From a virus, in the IMG/VR virus record IMGVR_UViG_3300021963_000030: a DNA stretch of 64,000 bases. The stretch is one strand, 5' to 3'. Made by a program: the position numbers and the translations under genes. This document shows positions 37,557-46,355 of this stretch, in pieces (positions within the stretch are counted from its first letter, which is position 1; each line of letters begins with the position of its first letter). The notes below the pieces were generated by a model. That model saw only the letters and a list, made by a program, of their open reading frames with translations, was not told the origin of the DNA and ran no database searches.

Positions 37557-40500
37557 ATGCCGAATAATATTATCATAACGCCTGGAAATAGAGAAATTAG
37601 TTTTCAAGATGGGTCTAACCCCGCAAGAAAATTAACAATTACAGGAAGTAATCTTTCATATGAATCAACAATAAGTGCGAGTAATTTTTATACACACAAT
37701 AGTAGTGGGAGATTTTATGGAAGTGCATCATATGCTGCGACCGCGAGTTATGCCGCTATATATTATAGCGGTAGTGTTGTTAGTTCTTCATATGCGGTGA
37801 CTGCTTCTTATGCACTAAATGGTGGTGGCGGCGGAACAAACTTAGTTACGGGATCAACATATCCAATAACAAGTAGCTACAGTATAAATGCAATTAGTGC
37901 TTCATACATTCCTACAAGTGCAAATATTACCGCAAGTTTAGCAGAAGACAGTATTTCTTCTTCTTATGCAGAGACGGCAAAAAGTGCAAGTTATGCTTTA
38001 ACTGCTTCGTATGCTTTGAACGGTGGAGGTGGCGGCCACAATGTAGTATTGGTCACAGGCAGTATAGCGACTCAGACAATCTTATATGATGTTGTTACTG
38101 GACAAGAGAACGTGATTTCGTCCGTTGGTGGCGCCATTGATTTATCACTAAATAAATGGAGTGTTTCTGTTCTAGAAGAGTGGGATGATGTGAGTGGTGA
38201 TCCATATTATGCAAGTTGTAGTTTATTGTTACATTGTAATGGAACCGACAATTCTATTTCATTTTCAGACAGCGGACCTAATAGTTTAACGGTTACATCA
38301 AACGGAGGCGCCAAAATAGTATCGGCTATTAACAAATTTGGTAGCGGAAGCGGATTCTTTGATGGAGTCAACGATTATCTCAGCGTTCCAAATAGTGTTG
38401 GTTTTAATTTTGGAACAGGAGATTTTACTATTGAATGTTGGATTCGTTCTTCAGATGTATCTGCTGCGAGACAACGAGGATTTTTTCAAACGTCAACTTC
38501 CCCTATAGGGTTAGCTACATATTTCAACACAGGTATAGCAATAATTCAAGGTGCTAATGCTTCTGGAGGACCGCTAAATGGTGGATTGTGTGCAAACGTT
38601 GCGGGGGTCAATGTGGGAAGCAACGCTGCATCAATAACAGCAAATACTTGGCATCATATTGCGCTTGTAAGACTGTCTGGAACTTCATCGTTGTATGTAG
38701 ATGGAACATCTATTGCATCTGTAATAACTCCGGGAAATTGTTCAGGAACATATGCGGCAGTTGGTGGATATTATAATACTTCATTTTTACATAGTGGTTA
38801 CATAGATGAACTTAGAATTCTGAAGGGGGTTGCTAGATACACAGGTAGTTTCACGCCACCAACAACTGAATTTGAAAATATCGCATATACTCAATATACA
38901 ACAAACTATATAGCCACTGTCGGAGGACTAAATGATACTGGCTCTGACTATGGTGTTCAAAAAATAAATAATAGTTCTCTTAAGATTAGAAAGATGTCGA
39001 ACACCAGTCAGCCTGTATCTGGGTCTCAAGCACTTAGTAACACTGTTGATAGAGTTTATGTTAATGTATTGGATTACACAAATGTAACATCAGCATCGAA
39101 TTCTACAAGCGCATCATATGCTCTAACCTCTTCATATGCTGGTTTGTCGCAAACTGCATCATATGTTAATTTAGCTCGTAGTGCTTCGTATGTTAGTCTT
39201 GCAAAAAGTGCTTCGTATGTTAATCTAGCTCGTAGTGCAAGTTATTATAGTGGAAATGTGGCAACCGCTTCTTACTCACCTTCTTCTGGTAATTCTATAA
39301 GTGCAAGTTATGCTTTAACTGCTTCGTATGCTTTGAACGGTGGTGGCGGCGGACACAATGTAGTATTGGTCACAGGCAGTATAGCAACCCAAACAATCTT
39401 ATATGATGTTGTTACTGGGCAAGAGAACACAATCACGGGTATCGATTTATCATTAAATAAGTGGAGTGTTTCTGTTCTGGAAGAGTGGGAATATACCACC
39501 GGCGACCCGTATTATGCAAGTTGTAGTTTATTACTACACTGTAACGGCACTAATAATTCGACAACATTCTCAGATAGCGGACCATATAACTTGACTGTTA
39601 CTTCGGTTGGTGGCGCAAAAATAGCATCAGCTATTAACAAATTCGGCAGTGGAAGCGGATTCTTTGATGGAGTCAACGATTATCTTTCTATTCCAGATCA
39701 TCCTGGTTTTAATTTTGGTTCTGGTGATTTTACAGTGGAATGTTGGCTTTATCCAACTGCCCATCCCGCAGTTGTTTATTTATTCGGTCAAACAAATGCT
39801 TCAGACGTTGCTCCTTTTGTTATTGCGCTTTCTAATGGTAGACCAAGTATAGCAGCATCAACAAATGGTTCAACATGGATTGTAAACGCAACGCTTGCAA
39901 CACCGTTAACACTTAATGCTTGGACACATTTAGCAGCAGTTAGATATGGTAATAAATGGAGTGTATATGTAAATGGTGTTGAAAACGTTGTAGCACCATC
40001 AACATCTGGAACTCTTTATGATTCTGTAAATGGGCTCGGAATAGGCGCTGACGGTCCAGGCGCCGGAGTTGTATCATATTATTATAAAGGATATATTGAT
40101 GAATTCAGAGTGTTGAAGGGGGTTGCTAGATATACAGGTAGTTTTACACCACCAACATCGGAATTTGATAATATCGCATATACTCAAACCTTAACAAACT
40201 ATGTAGCCACTGTAGGTGGTTTAAATGATACTGGGTCAGATTATGGTGTTCAAAAAATAAACAACAGTTCTCTTAAAATTAGAAAAATGTCTGACACCAG
40301 TCAACCTGTGTCAGGTTCTCAACCACTTAGTTCTACTGTTGATAGAGTTTATGTTAATGTGTTAGATTATACAAATGTAACGTCGGCATCAAACTCTACA
40401 AGTGCTTCTTATGCTTTGACTGCATCATACGCATCTAATGCTGGCTCTTTTTTGACAACCGGTTCGACATATCCAATAACTGCAAGTTGGAGTAATAATA

Positions 40501-42248
40501 GTGTAACATCTTCATATGTTATTACATCACAAACCGCAAGTTATTATGGCGGCAATGTAATCAGTTCCAGTTACAGTTTAAGTAGTTCGTATGCACCAAC
40601 AAATACAAATATCACTGCAAGTTGGTCGAGTAATGCAATATCATCTAGTTATGCTTTAACTGCTTCATATGTGTCGGGTGGTGGAGGCGGTCACAATGTA
40701 GTATTGGTCACAGGCAGTATAGCGACTCAGACAATACTGTATGATGTTGTTACTGGTCAAGAAAATATTATAACAGGTATTGATTTATCATTAAATAAGT
40801 GGAGTGTTTCTGTTCTGGAAGAGTGGGAATATACAACTGGTGATCCATATTATGCAAGTTGTAGTTTACTATTGCATTGCAATGGCACCAATAACTCAAC
40901 TACATTCTCAGATAGTGGGCCAAATAATTTAACCGTTACTTCGGTTGGGGGAACAAAAATAGCATCAGCTATTTATAAGTTTGGTAGTGGAAGTGCTTTT
41001 TTTGATGGAGTTAATGATTATATTTCCGTTCAAGACAACGCTGGTCTTAATTTTGGATCTGGTGATTTTACAATCGAATACTGGGAATATAGAACTTCGA
41101 CAGCAACTCAAAGTCCAATATTAAGTAGAAATACTGCAGTATATACCCCATATATGGTTGGATGGCGTGATTCTGCGGTAGGCCCTAATCTTGCATTGTA
41201 TATGAGTTCTACTGGAACTAATTGGAATGTCGCTTCAAATGTAAGTATGGGAAGTGTTGTATTTAATGCTTGGACTCATTATGCTGTTACACGACAAGGT
41301 AATACATTTAGAACTTTTCAAAACGGCACACTAATTTCTACATTTACATCGGCAGCTTCATTTCCAGCTGTATCTGGTCCGTTGCAGATAGGTAGATATG
41401 ATACCGTGTATTATTTTAAAGGTGGATATCTCGATGAACTTAGAATTCTAAAAGGTGTTGCTAGATATACAGGTAGTTTCACGCCTCCAACAGCAGAATT
41501 TGAGAATATCGCATACACGCAAAATTTGACAAACTACATGGCCACAGTCGGAGGACTAAATGATACTGGGTCAGATTATGGTGTTCAAAAAATAAACAAC
41601 AGTTCTCTTAAGATTAGAAAGATGTCGAACACCAGTCAGCCTGTGTCAGGTTCTCAACCACTTAGTAACACTGTTGATAGAGTTTATGTTAATGTATTGG
41701 ATTACACAAATGTAACATCCGCTTCTAATTCTACAAGTGCTTCTTATGCTTTGACATCAAGTTATTATGGCGGATCTGTTGAGACTGCTAGTTTTGCTTC
41801 TAACTCTGTTAGTAGTTCTTATGCTCTGACCTCTTCATATACACCGATTTATTTACTTGAAGCCTATGCTAGTGAGACTTATACTTTACCAGGTAGTTTT
41901 ACCGAAGATCCTTGTAGATACAGTTATATAAGCAATACAGTCAATGTATCAAGCAGTTGGTTCAACACAAGCACATATACATTCACACCACAAAAAGCAG
42001 GCTACTGGGAAATCACTGCCACTTATGATGTTTATAGAAATGCTGAGGCAAGTATGGTAATTAAGAAAAATACCAACATTGTAGCTTCAGCAGGATCTTT
42101 TAATTCGGTAGCTCAACAAATAACAAAAATTGTCTATCTGAATGGTTCAACTGATTATATAAAAATTTTCAATTATGGCGGAGCAGCACTTTCAAGATCA
42201 CAATATGACGCAAGGTCTTGGTTCCAAGCAAGATGGGTAGGCGAATAA
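37557..42248 (+). CDS. Tail fibre/receptor-binding protein with three LamG (ConA-like) modules
   Basis: SASYA repeats; 3x SLLLHCNG...KFGSGS.FFDG..DY...GDFT.E.W...W.H.A...GYIDE.RI.KGVARY; C-terminal beta-sandwich (YTFTPQKAGYWEI). TATTTATA at 37542-37549. Confidence 0.85.
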   Translation: MPNNIIITPGNREISFQDGSNPARKLTITGSNLSYESTISASNFYTHNSSGRFYGSASYAATASYAAIYYSGSVVSSSYAVTASYALNGGGGGTNLVTGSTYPITSSYSINAISASYIPTSANITASLAEDSISSSYAETAKSASYALTASYALNGGGGGHNVVLVTGSIATQTILYDVVTGQENVISSVGGAIDLSLNKWSVSVLEEWDDVSGDPYYASCSLLLHCNGTDNSISFSDSGPNSLTVTSNGGAKIVSAINKFGSGSGFFDGVNDYLSVPNSVGFNFGTGDFTIECWIRSSDVSAARQRGFFQTSTSPIGLATYFNTGIAIIQGANASGGPLNGGLCANVAGVNVGSNAASITANTWHHIALVRLSGTSSLYVDGTSIASVITPGNCSGTYAAVGGYYNTSFLHSGYIDELRILKGVARYTGSFTPPTTEFENIAYTQYTTNYIATVGGLNDTGSDYGVQKINNSSLKIRKMSNTSQPVSGSQALSNTVDRVYVNVLDYTNVTSASNSTSASYALTSSYAGLSQTASYVNLARSASYVSLAKSASYVNLARSASYYSGNVATASYSPSSGNSISASYALTASYALNGGGGGHNVVLVTGSIATQTILYDVVTGQENTITGIDLSLNKWSVSVLEEWEYTTGDPYYASCSLLLHCNGTNNSTTFSDSGPYNLTVTSVGGAKIASAINKFGSGSGFFDGVNDYLSIPDHPGFNFGSGDFTVECWLYPTAHPAVVYLFGQTNASDVAPFVIALSNGRPSIAASTNGSTWIVNATLATPLTLNAWTHLAAVRYGNKWSVYVNGVENVVAPSTSGTLYDSVNGLGIGADGPGAGVVSYYYKGYIDEFRVLKGVARYTGSFTPPTSEFDNIAYTQTLTNYVATVGGLNDTGSDYGVQKINNSSLKIRKMSDTSQPVSGSQPLSSTVDRVYVNVLDYTNVTSASNSTSASYALTASYASNAGSFLTTGSTYPITASWSNNSVTSSYVITSQTASYYGGNVISSSYSLSSSYAPTNTNITASWSSNAISSSYALTASYVSGGGGGHNVVLVTGSIATQTILYDVVTGQENIITGIDLSLNKWSVSVLEEWEYTTGDPYYASCSLLLHCNGTNNSTTFSDSGPNNLTVTSVGGTKIASAIYKFGSGSAFFDGVNDYISVQDNAGLNFGSGDFTIEYWEYRTSTATQSPILSRNTAVYTPYMVGWRDSAVGPNLALYMSSTGTNWNVASNVSMGSVVFNAWTHYAVTRQGNTFRTFQNGTLISTFTSAASFPAVSGPLQIGRYDTVYYFKGGYLDELRILKGVARYTGSFTPPTAEFENIAYTQNLTNYMATVGGLNDTGSDYGVQKINNSSLKIRKMSNTSQPVSGSQPLSNTVDRVYVNVLDYTNVTSASNSTSASYALTSSYYGGSVETASFASNSVSSSYALTSSYTPIYLLEAYASETYTLPGSFTEDPCRYSYISNTVNVSSSWFNTSTYTFTPQKAGYWEITATYDVYRNAEASMVIKKNTNIVASAGSFNSVAQQITKIVYLNGSTDYIKIFNYGGAALSRSQYDARSWFQARWVGE
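37984..39130 (+). repeat. Fibre module copy 1
   Basis: Flanks nearly identical at DNA level to copies 2 and 3; boundaries approximate. Confidence 0.85.
39301..40430 (+). repeat. Fibre module copy 2
   Basis: Offset 1317 nt from copy 1; boundaries approximate. Confidence 0.85.
40647..41760 (+). repeat. Fibre module copy 3
   Basis: Offset 1341 nt from copy 2; boundaries approximate. Confidence 0.85.
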
Positions 42249-42274
42249 TTATTTTAAGGTTCCGACAAAACATC

Positions 42275-43444
42275 ATGATACGATTCAAAGACATCATTTC
42301 TGAACTTAGACGCAATCCAGAGTTAAATCCCAAAATTGCCGCATTGGATGCGTTGAGTAAGTATAAGGATGATCCTTCTTATTTTATCACGTTCACCACC
42401 ATTGAAAAAGTTGGGCTAAACCCAAGAAGTCCATTTTCTACACCTGTTGGTTTGTATGCGTATAAACTCAAGGATGTGTATGGTGAATTAGAGAGTAAGA
42501 ATTATTTGTTTGGTGTAGACCGTCCATTTGTCAACGTCATACAATTGACCACAGATCGTGTATTAGATTTGGAAAATTACAACAACAAAAGTTCTGACTT
42601 ACAAAAACTACGAAAGATCTATGAGAGTGAAACTGGTAAGTCATTTGATGATGTGTTGAAAGAGTTTGACAGTAATAATCATTTGTTGTATCCAGTTGAT
42701 ACTGATGGTAAGTATGTGTATGGTTTGATGAATTTTATATCAAACGGAGTTGAGGGTAGAACTGGACCAGTAAAGAAGTCAATGGTCTATTTCAACAAGT
42801 TGCTTAGAAAAATGGGTTATGATGTGGTAATTGATCGAACTGGAACGGTTCATTTATTACAACCATCTCAGGCTGTTTTCTTGGTTCCCTCGTCGTATAA
42901 ATTTGTCGAGAAGATTATCAATAAGTCTTATTCTGGAAACGAGCCTGTATCAGCAAACACTTACTGGCACGTTGGTGTTAACCCCACAGTTGACAATGTT
43001 ATCTTAAAACGTGAAGGAGATACTTACAAAGTATTATTGATCAAACGTAAGAACAAAGTGGAATTCGGTAAGTGGGCATTGCCTGGCGGGTTTATTGATA
43101 CAAATGCTAAAAAAGGTGAGCCTTGGCAGCCTGGTAGAGAAACTCCAAGACAAGCTGCTATCAGAGAGTTGCACGAAGAAACTGGATTATACATTGAGTC
43201 TATTTCAAATTTGTTGAAACAGATTGGTGTGTATGAAGGTAATCATCGTGACCCAAGAGATACAAAAACTTCATGGTCAAAGTCTCATGCATTTGGTCTT
43301 GTATTGCCAGATGGGTTTAATACAAGTTCCGTAAAAGCAAGAGATGATGCTTCCGATGCACAGTGGTTTGATATAAAAGCACTTCCTACACTAGCATTTG
43401 ACCATTCCACAATTATTGGAGACGCACTACCTAAATTGATATAG
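42275..43444 (+). CDS. Unknown N-terminal domain + NrtR/NadM-type Nudix hydrolase, with MIRFKDIISE leader
   Basis: VLLIKR...WALPGGF...ETPRQAAIRELHEETGL, RDPR, LAFDH. Start re-assigned to ATG 42275. Confidence 0.8.
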   Translation: MIRFKDIISELRRNPELNPKIAALDALSKYKDDPSYFITFTTIEKVGLNPRSPFSTPVGLYAYKLKDVYGELESKNYLFGVDRPFVNVIQLTTDRVLDLENYNNKSSDLQKLRKIYESETGKSFDDVLKEFDSNNHLLYPVDTDGKYVYGLMNFISNGVEGRTGPVKKSMVYFNKLLRKMGYDVVIDRTGTVHLLQPSQAVFLVPSSYKFVEKIINKSYSGNEPVSANTYWHVGVNPTVDNVILKREGDTYKVLLIKRKNKVEFGKWALPGGFIDTNAKKGEPWQPGRETPRQAAIRELHEETGLYIESISNLLKQIGVYEGNHRDPRDTKTSWSKSHAFGLVLPDGFNTSSVKARDDASDAQWFDIKALPTLAFDHSTIIGDALPKLI

Positions 43445-43456
43445 TATTTATAACAT

Positions 43457-44392
43457 ATGGCAACTACTCCTACACCCACTGATATAGCTAATGCTCAGAC
43501 TAATTTGAACAACATGATTACGTTCAATACTCAGTTTTACTCTTATGGTAATTCTAAGATATTGAATGCTTATGCCTTATTACAACAAACAGACAATTCA
43601 GATCTAGGTCTACAAATTGGTCTAGATTTACTTACAAGTGCAATGGCTGCTTTGGGTGGTTGTGCTGGATTTGGAGGAGCATTAGCTGGTAACTTTGTTG
43701 CTGCTATGGTGGCTCAATATGCTACGGTAACACCACCATGTTTGGCTGGAGAATTTGCTGATCTTATTAGTAGATTTGAACAAACGTCATTACAATGTGG
43801 TAGTGACCTACAAGAACTATATGCTAATACTTCTGGATCGTGGAACAATACTTATAGTGGTCAATTGATTACTCCATTTGGAACAACAACTATATCGGGA
43901 TCAGTATCAGACTTAGCTACTCCAAATTTGTTTCCAAGTCAAGATGATCCACTGTTTAATGACTTGCTTGAAACTGCTACATATGCTTTGGATCAATCTA
44001 TTTGGTCAGTATTGTTACCAAGATTTTGTATTACATCATACCAACCTTCTACTGAGTATCCATCTTCTCAGTATACAGAACAAGATATGGAGAATAATGC
44101 TACAGCATTCTATTCAGCACATCCAGCTTATTACAATACTTGGGTATATGAATCCGCTAATAAATCTAAGAATGATGCTTATTGGTTGACTCAAAGTAAT
44201 TTAGGAACTGGTTATTCAATGACAAGTGATGGTAGTTTGAATAGTCAAGCTTGTGATTATTTATTTATCGATGCTTATGATGGTGTGATTATAAATCCAG
44301 CTGGGTTATTTAATAGAGAGTTTGTGTTTACCAGTATGAATATTCCTCAAAAGACTCATACATTTCCATCACCAACTCCACCTCCACCATGA
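43457..44392 (+). CDS. Hypothetical late protein with a hydrophobic Gly/Ala-rich segment and PT-like termini
   Basis: 311 aa; TATTTATA at 43445-43452. Confidence 0.65.
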   Translation: MATTPTPTDIANAQTNLNNMITFNTQFYSYGNSKILNAYALLQQTDNSDLGLQIGLDLLTSAMAALGGCAGFGGALAGNFVAAMVAQYATVTPPCLAGEFADLISRFEQTSLQCGSDLQELYANTSGSWNNTYSGQLITPFGTTTISGSVSDLATPNLFPSQDDPLFNDLLETATYALDQSIWSVLLPRFCITSYQPSTEYPSSQYTEQDMENNATAFYSAHPAYYNTWVYESANKSKNDAYWLTQSNLGTGYSMTSDGSLNSQACDYLFIDAYDGVIINPAGLFNREFVFTSMNIPQKTHTFPSPTPPPP

Positions 44393-44395
44393 TTT

Positions 44396-45196
44396 ATGAA
44401 CTTACTTGAATTACTAAAAAAACACAGATTGATAGAAGGTGTAGATGATCCGTCTACACTCAAATGTATATTCATGGCTGGTGGGCCTGGTAGTGGCAAA
44501 AGCACCGTGGCAAGAGAATTGTTCGATTTACCAGATGATTCGTCTGTTAACCAGTATGGTTTGAAGGTTATCAATAGTGACAATGAGTTTGAACAGATGC
44601 TTCATCAAATGAAGATTTCTACAGACTTGAGTAAGTTGAGTCCTGAGGAGTTTGAACGATTGACGGTTGGTCCACAATCTACTAGAGAAAAAGCAAAGAG
44701 AATAACCAGAAAGAAATTGGACATGTATAGAAGGGCCAAGTTGGGTCTCATCATAGATGGAACTGGTGATAGTATACAATCTATTCAGTTGAAGAAACGT
44801 GTTATGGAACAACACGGATATGATTGTTATATGGTATTTGTTAATACTAGTTTGCAAGTTGCAATGGAACGAAATGCGAAAAGAGATCGTAAGATACCTG
44901 AGGATTTATTGACACAGATGTGGTTTAGTTGTCAAAACAATTTGGGTCATTTTCAAAATATCTTTGGAAACAATTTTAAGATTGTTGATCGAACAAAGAG
45001 TGGAGAACCAATTGATAAAAGTGTGTTAAGGAGTGTAATTAATTTCTTGAAAAGTCCAATCAGAAACCCAATTGGTAGACGTTGGATTCAAAACTATTAT
45101 ACTGATGTCAAGAGGGTTGATGGTGCTACTCGGTCTGATGACGATTCTGATATTGAGCCACCTTCTATTGAACCGATGCGTCCTAGAAGAGTATGA
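44396..45196 (+). CDS. P-loop kinase (zeta-toxin/AAA_33-like)
   Basis: IFMAGGPGSGKST, INSD, LIIDGTG, FVNTSLQVAMERN..R.R. Confidence 0.8.
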   Translation: MNLLELLKKHRLIEGVDDPSTLKCIFMAGGPGSGKSTVARELFDLPDDSSVNQYGLKVINSDNEFEQMLHQMKISTDLSKLSPEEFERLTVGPQSTREKAKRITRKKLDMYRRAKLGLIIDGTGDSIQSIQLKKRVMEQHGYDCYMVFVNTSLQVAMERNAKRDRKIPEDLLTQMWFSCQNNLGHFQNIFGNNFKIVDRTKSGEPIDKSVLRSVINFLKSPIRNPIGRRWIQNYYTDVKRVDGATRSDDDSDIEPPSIEPMRPRRV

Positions 45197-45459
45197 TGCC
45201 CTATAAAGAAACTAGTCTTGGACAGAATCAATATATTCGTGAATTTGATTCGAATGTAAATAGTCACGAACTAGAGTGGCATTTAGACAGAGAAGATCGT
45301 TTAATTGAGGTTGTGGAGAACAATGGAGGATGGGAGGTTCAATTAGATAATAATCTTCCTTGTTTGCTTGACAAATCAATATTTATACCTAAAGAAACGT
45401 ATCACAGAGTCATCAAGGGCTCTGGAAAACTTATAGTCAAGATTACAAAAAATGTATGA
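45193..45459 (+). CDS. Small cupin-like protein
   Basis: WHLDREDR...FIPKETYHRVIKG cupin-type His motifs. Confidence 0.6.
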   Translation: MMPYKETSLGQNQYIREFDSNVNSHELEWHLDREDRLIEVVENNGGWEVQLDNNLPCLLDKSIFIPKETYHRVIKGSGKLIVKITKNV

Positions 45460-45590
45460 ATGAAAAGGTCCAAAATACTCTTCAGAAGATTCTTAAAGCC
45501 AAGAAGTTGAAAGAAGAGTCAATTAAAAAACAACAACAAAAAAAGGTTGTTGTGTCAGACTATAGGTTGCTAGCACAATCATTTCTATGA
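45456..45590 (+). CDS. Small basic hypothetical protein (44 aa, MNEKVQNTLQK...)
   Basis: ATGA overlaps with both neighbours; not in the ORF track. Confidence 0.55.
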   Translation: MNEKVQNTLQKILKAKKLKEESIKKQQQKKVVVSDYRLLAQSFL

Positions 45591-46315
45591 TCAAAAAACT
45601 AAGAGTATTTGATTTTGATGATACACTTTTTCATACATCTGGTAAAGTAATACTTACAAAAGGTGATGGAAAGGTGATCAGAATGTCAGCAGCTGAGTAT
45701 GCTGTGTATCCCCCACAACCGGGTGACAAGTTTGATTATTCTGAATTTCAAGCAGTTGTAGATCCCGTTGTTATTAGGTCTGTGGCAAAACGTTTCTATA
45801 AGATTGTGACTGCCGGTAATCAAGGTCGATTAACGGTAATATTAACTGCTCGTGGACCATCAAGTATTCCTCATATACAAGAAGTTTTACAAAAATACTT
45901 TAGGGTTGATATTCCAGTAATAGCTGTTGGAACTAGTGATCCTATGGCTAAAGCTAATTGGATTAAGGATAAAGTTGAAAACGAAGGATACAATGATGTG
46001 TTCTTTATCGATGATAGTCCCAAGAATATTAAAGCAGTTTATACTACAATTAAAAATCTTCCGATTAAGTATAAAATTGTTGATTTGAGTGGTCCTAGAA
46101 AACTTGAGGGCAATAATTTGACTGTTGGTGACGCAGATGTGTTATCTGAATCGTCCAGTGGTGAAATAAACAATGAATTTTCTGGTGATATTCTTGACAA
46201 TGTTAGGGTTCAATTGAATCAAGACGGTGATATTAGTTTGGTTGAATTGAGATTTAAAAATAGTTATAAATCCCTAATAATTGAAGGTGATTATTTGACC
46301 ATGACAATAGAGTAG
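45587..46315 (+). CDS. HAD-superfamily phosphatase (PNKP phosphatase-like)
   Basis: VFDFDDTL (DxD), ILTAR, K, FFIDDSPKN. Confidence 0.8.
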   Translation: MIKKLRVFDFDDTLFHTSGKVILTKGDGKVIRMSAAEYAVYPPQPGDKFDYSEFQAVVDPVVIRSVAKRFYKIVTAGNQGRLTVILTARGPSSIPHIQEVLQKYFRVDIPVIAVGTSDPMAKANWIKDKVENEGYNDVFFIDDSPKNIKAVYTTIKNLPIKYKIVDLSGPRKLEGNNLTVGDADVLSESSSGEINNEFSGDILDNVRVQLNQDGDISLVELRFKNSYKSLIIEGDYLTMTIE

Positions 46316-46355
46316 ATTTTAGCACTAATATCGAATCACTCGATATTTATATTTA

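Noticed and set aside
37557-42248. Diversity-generating retroelement target in the fibre repeats
   Set aside because: No reverse transcriptase in the window, and differences between copies are not adenine-specific.
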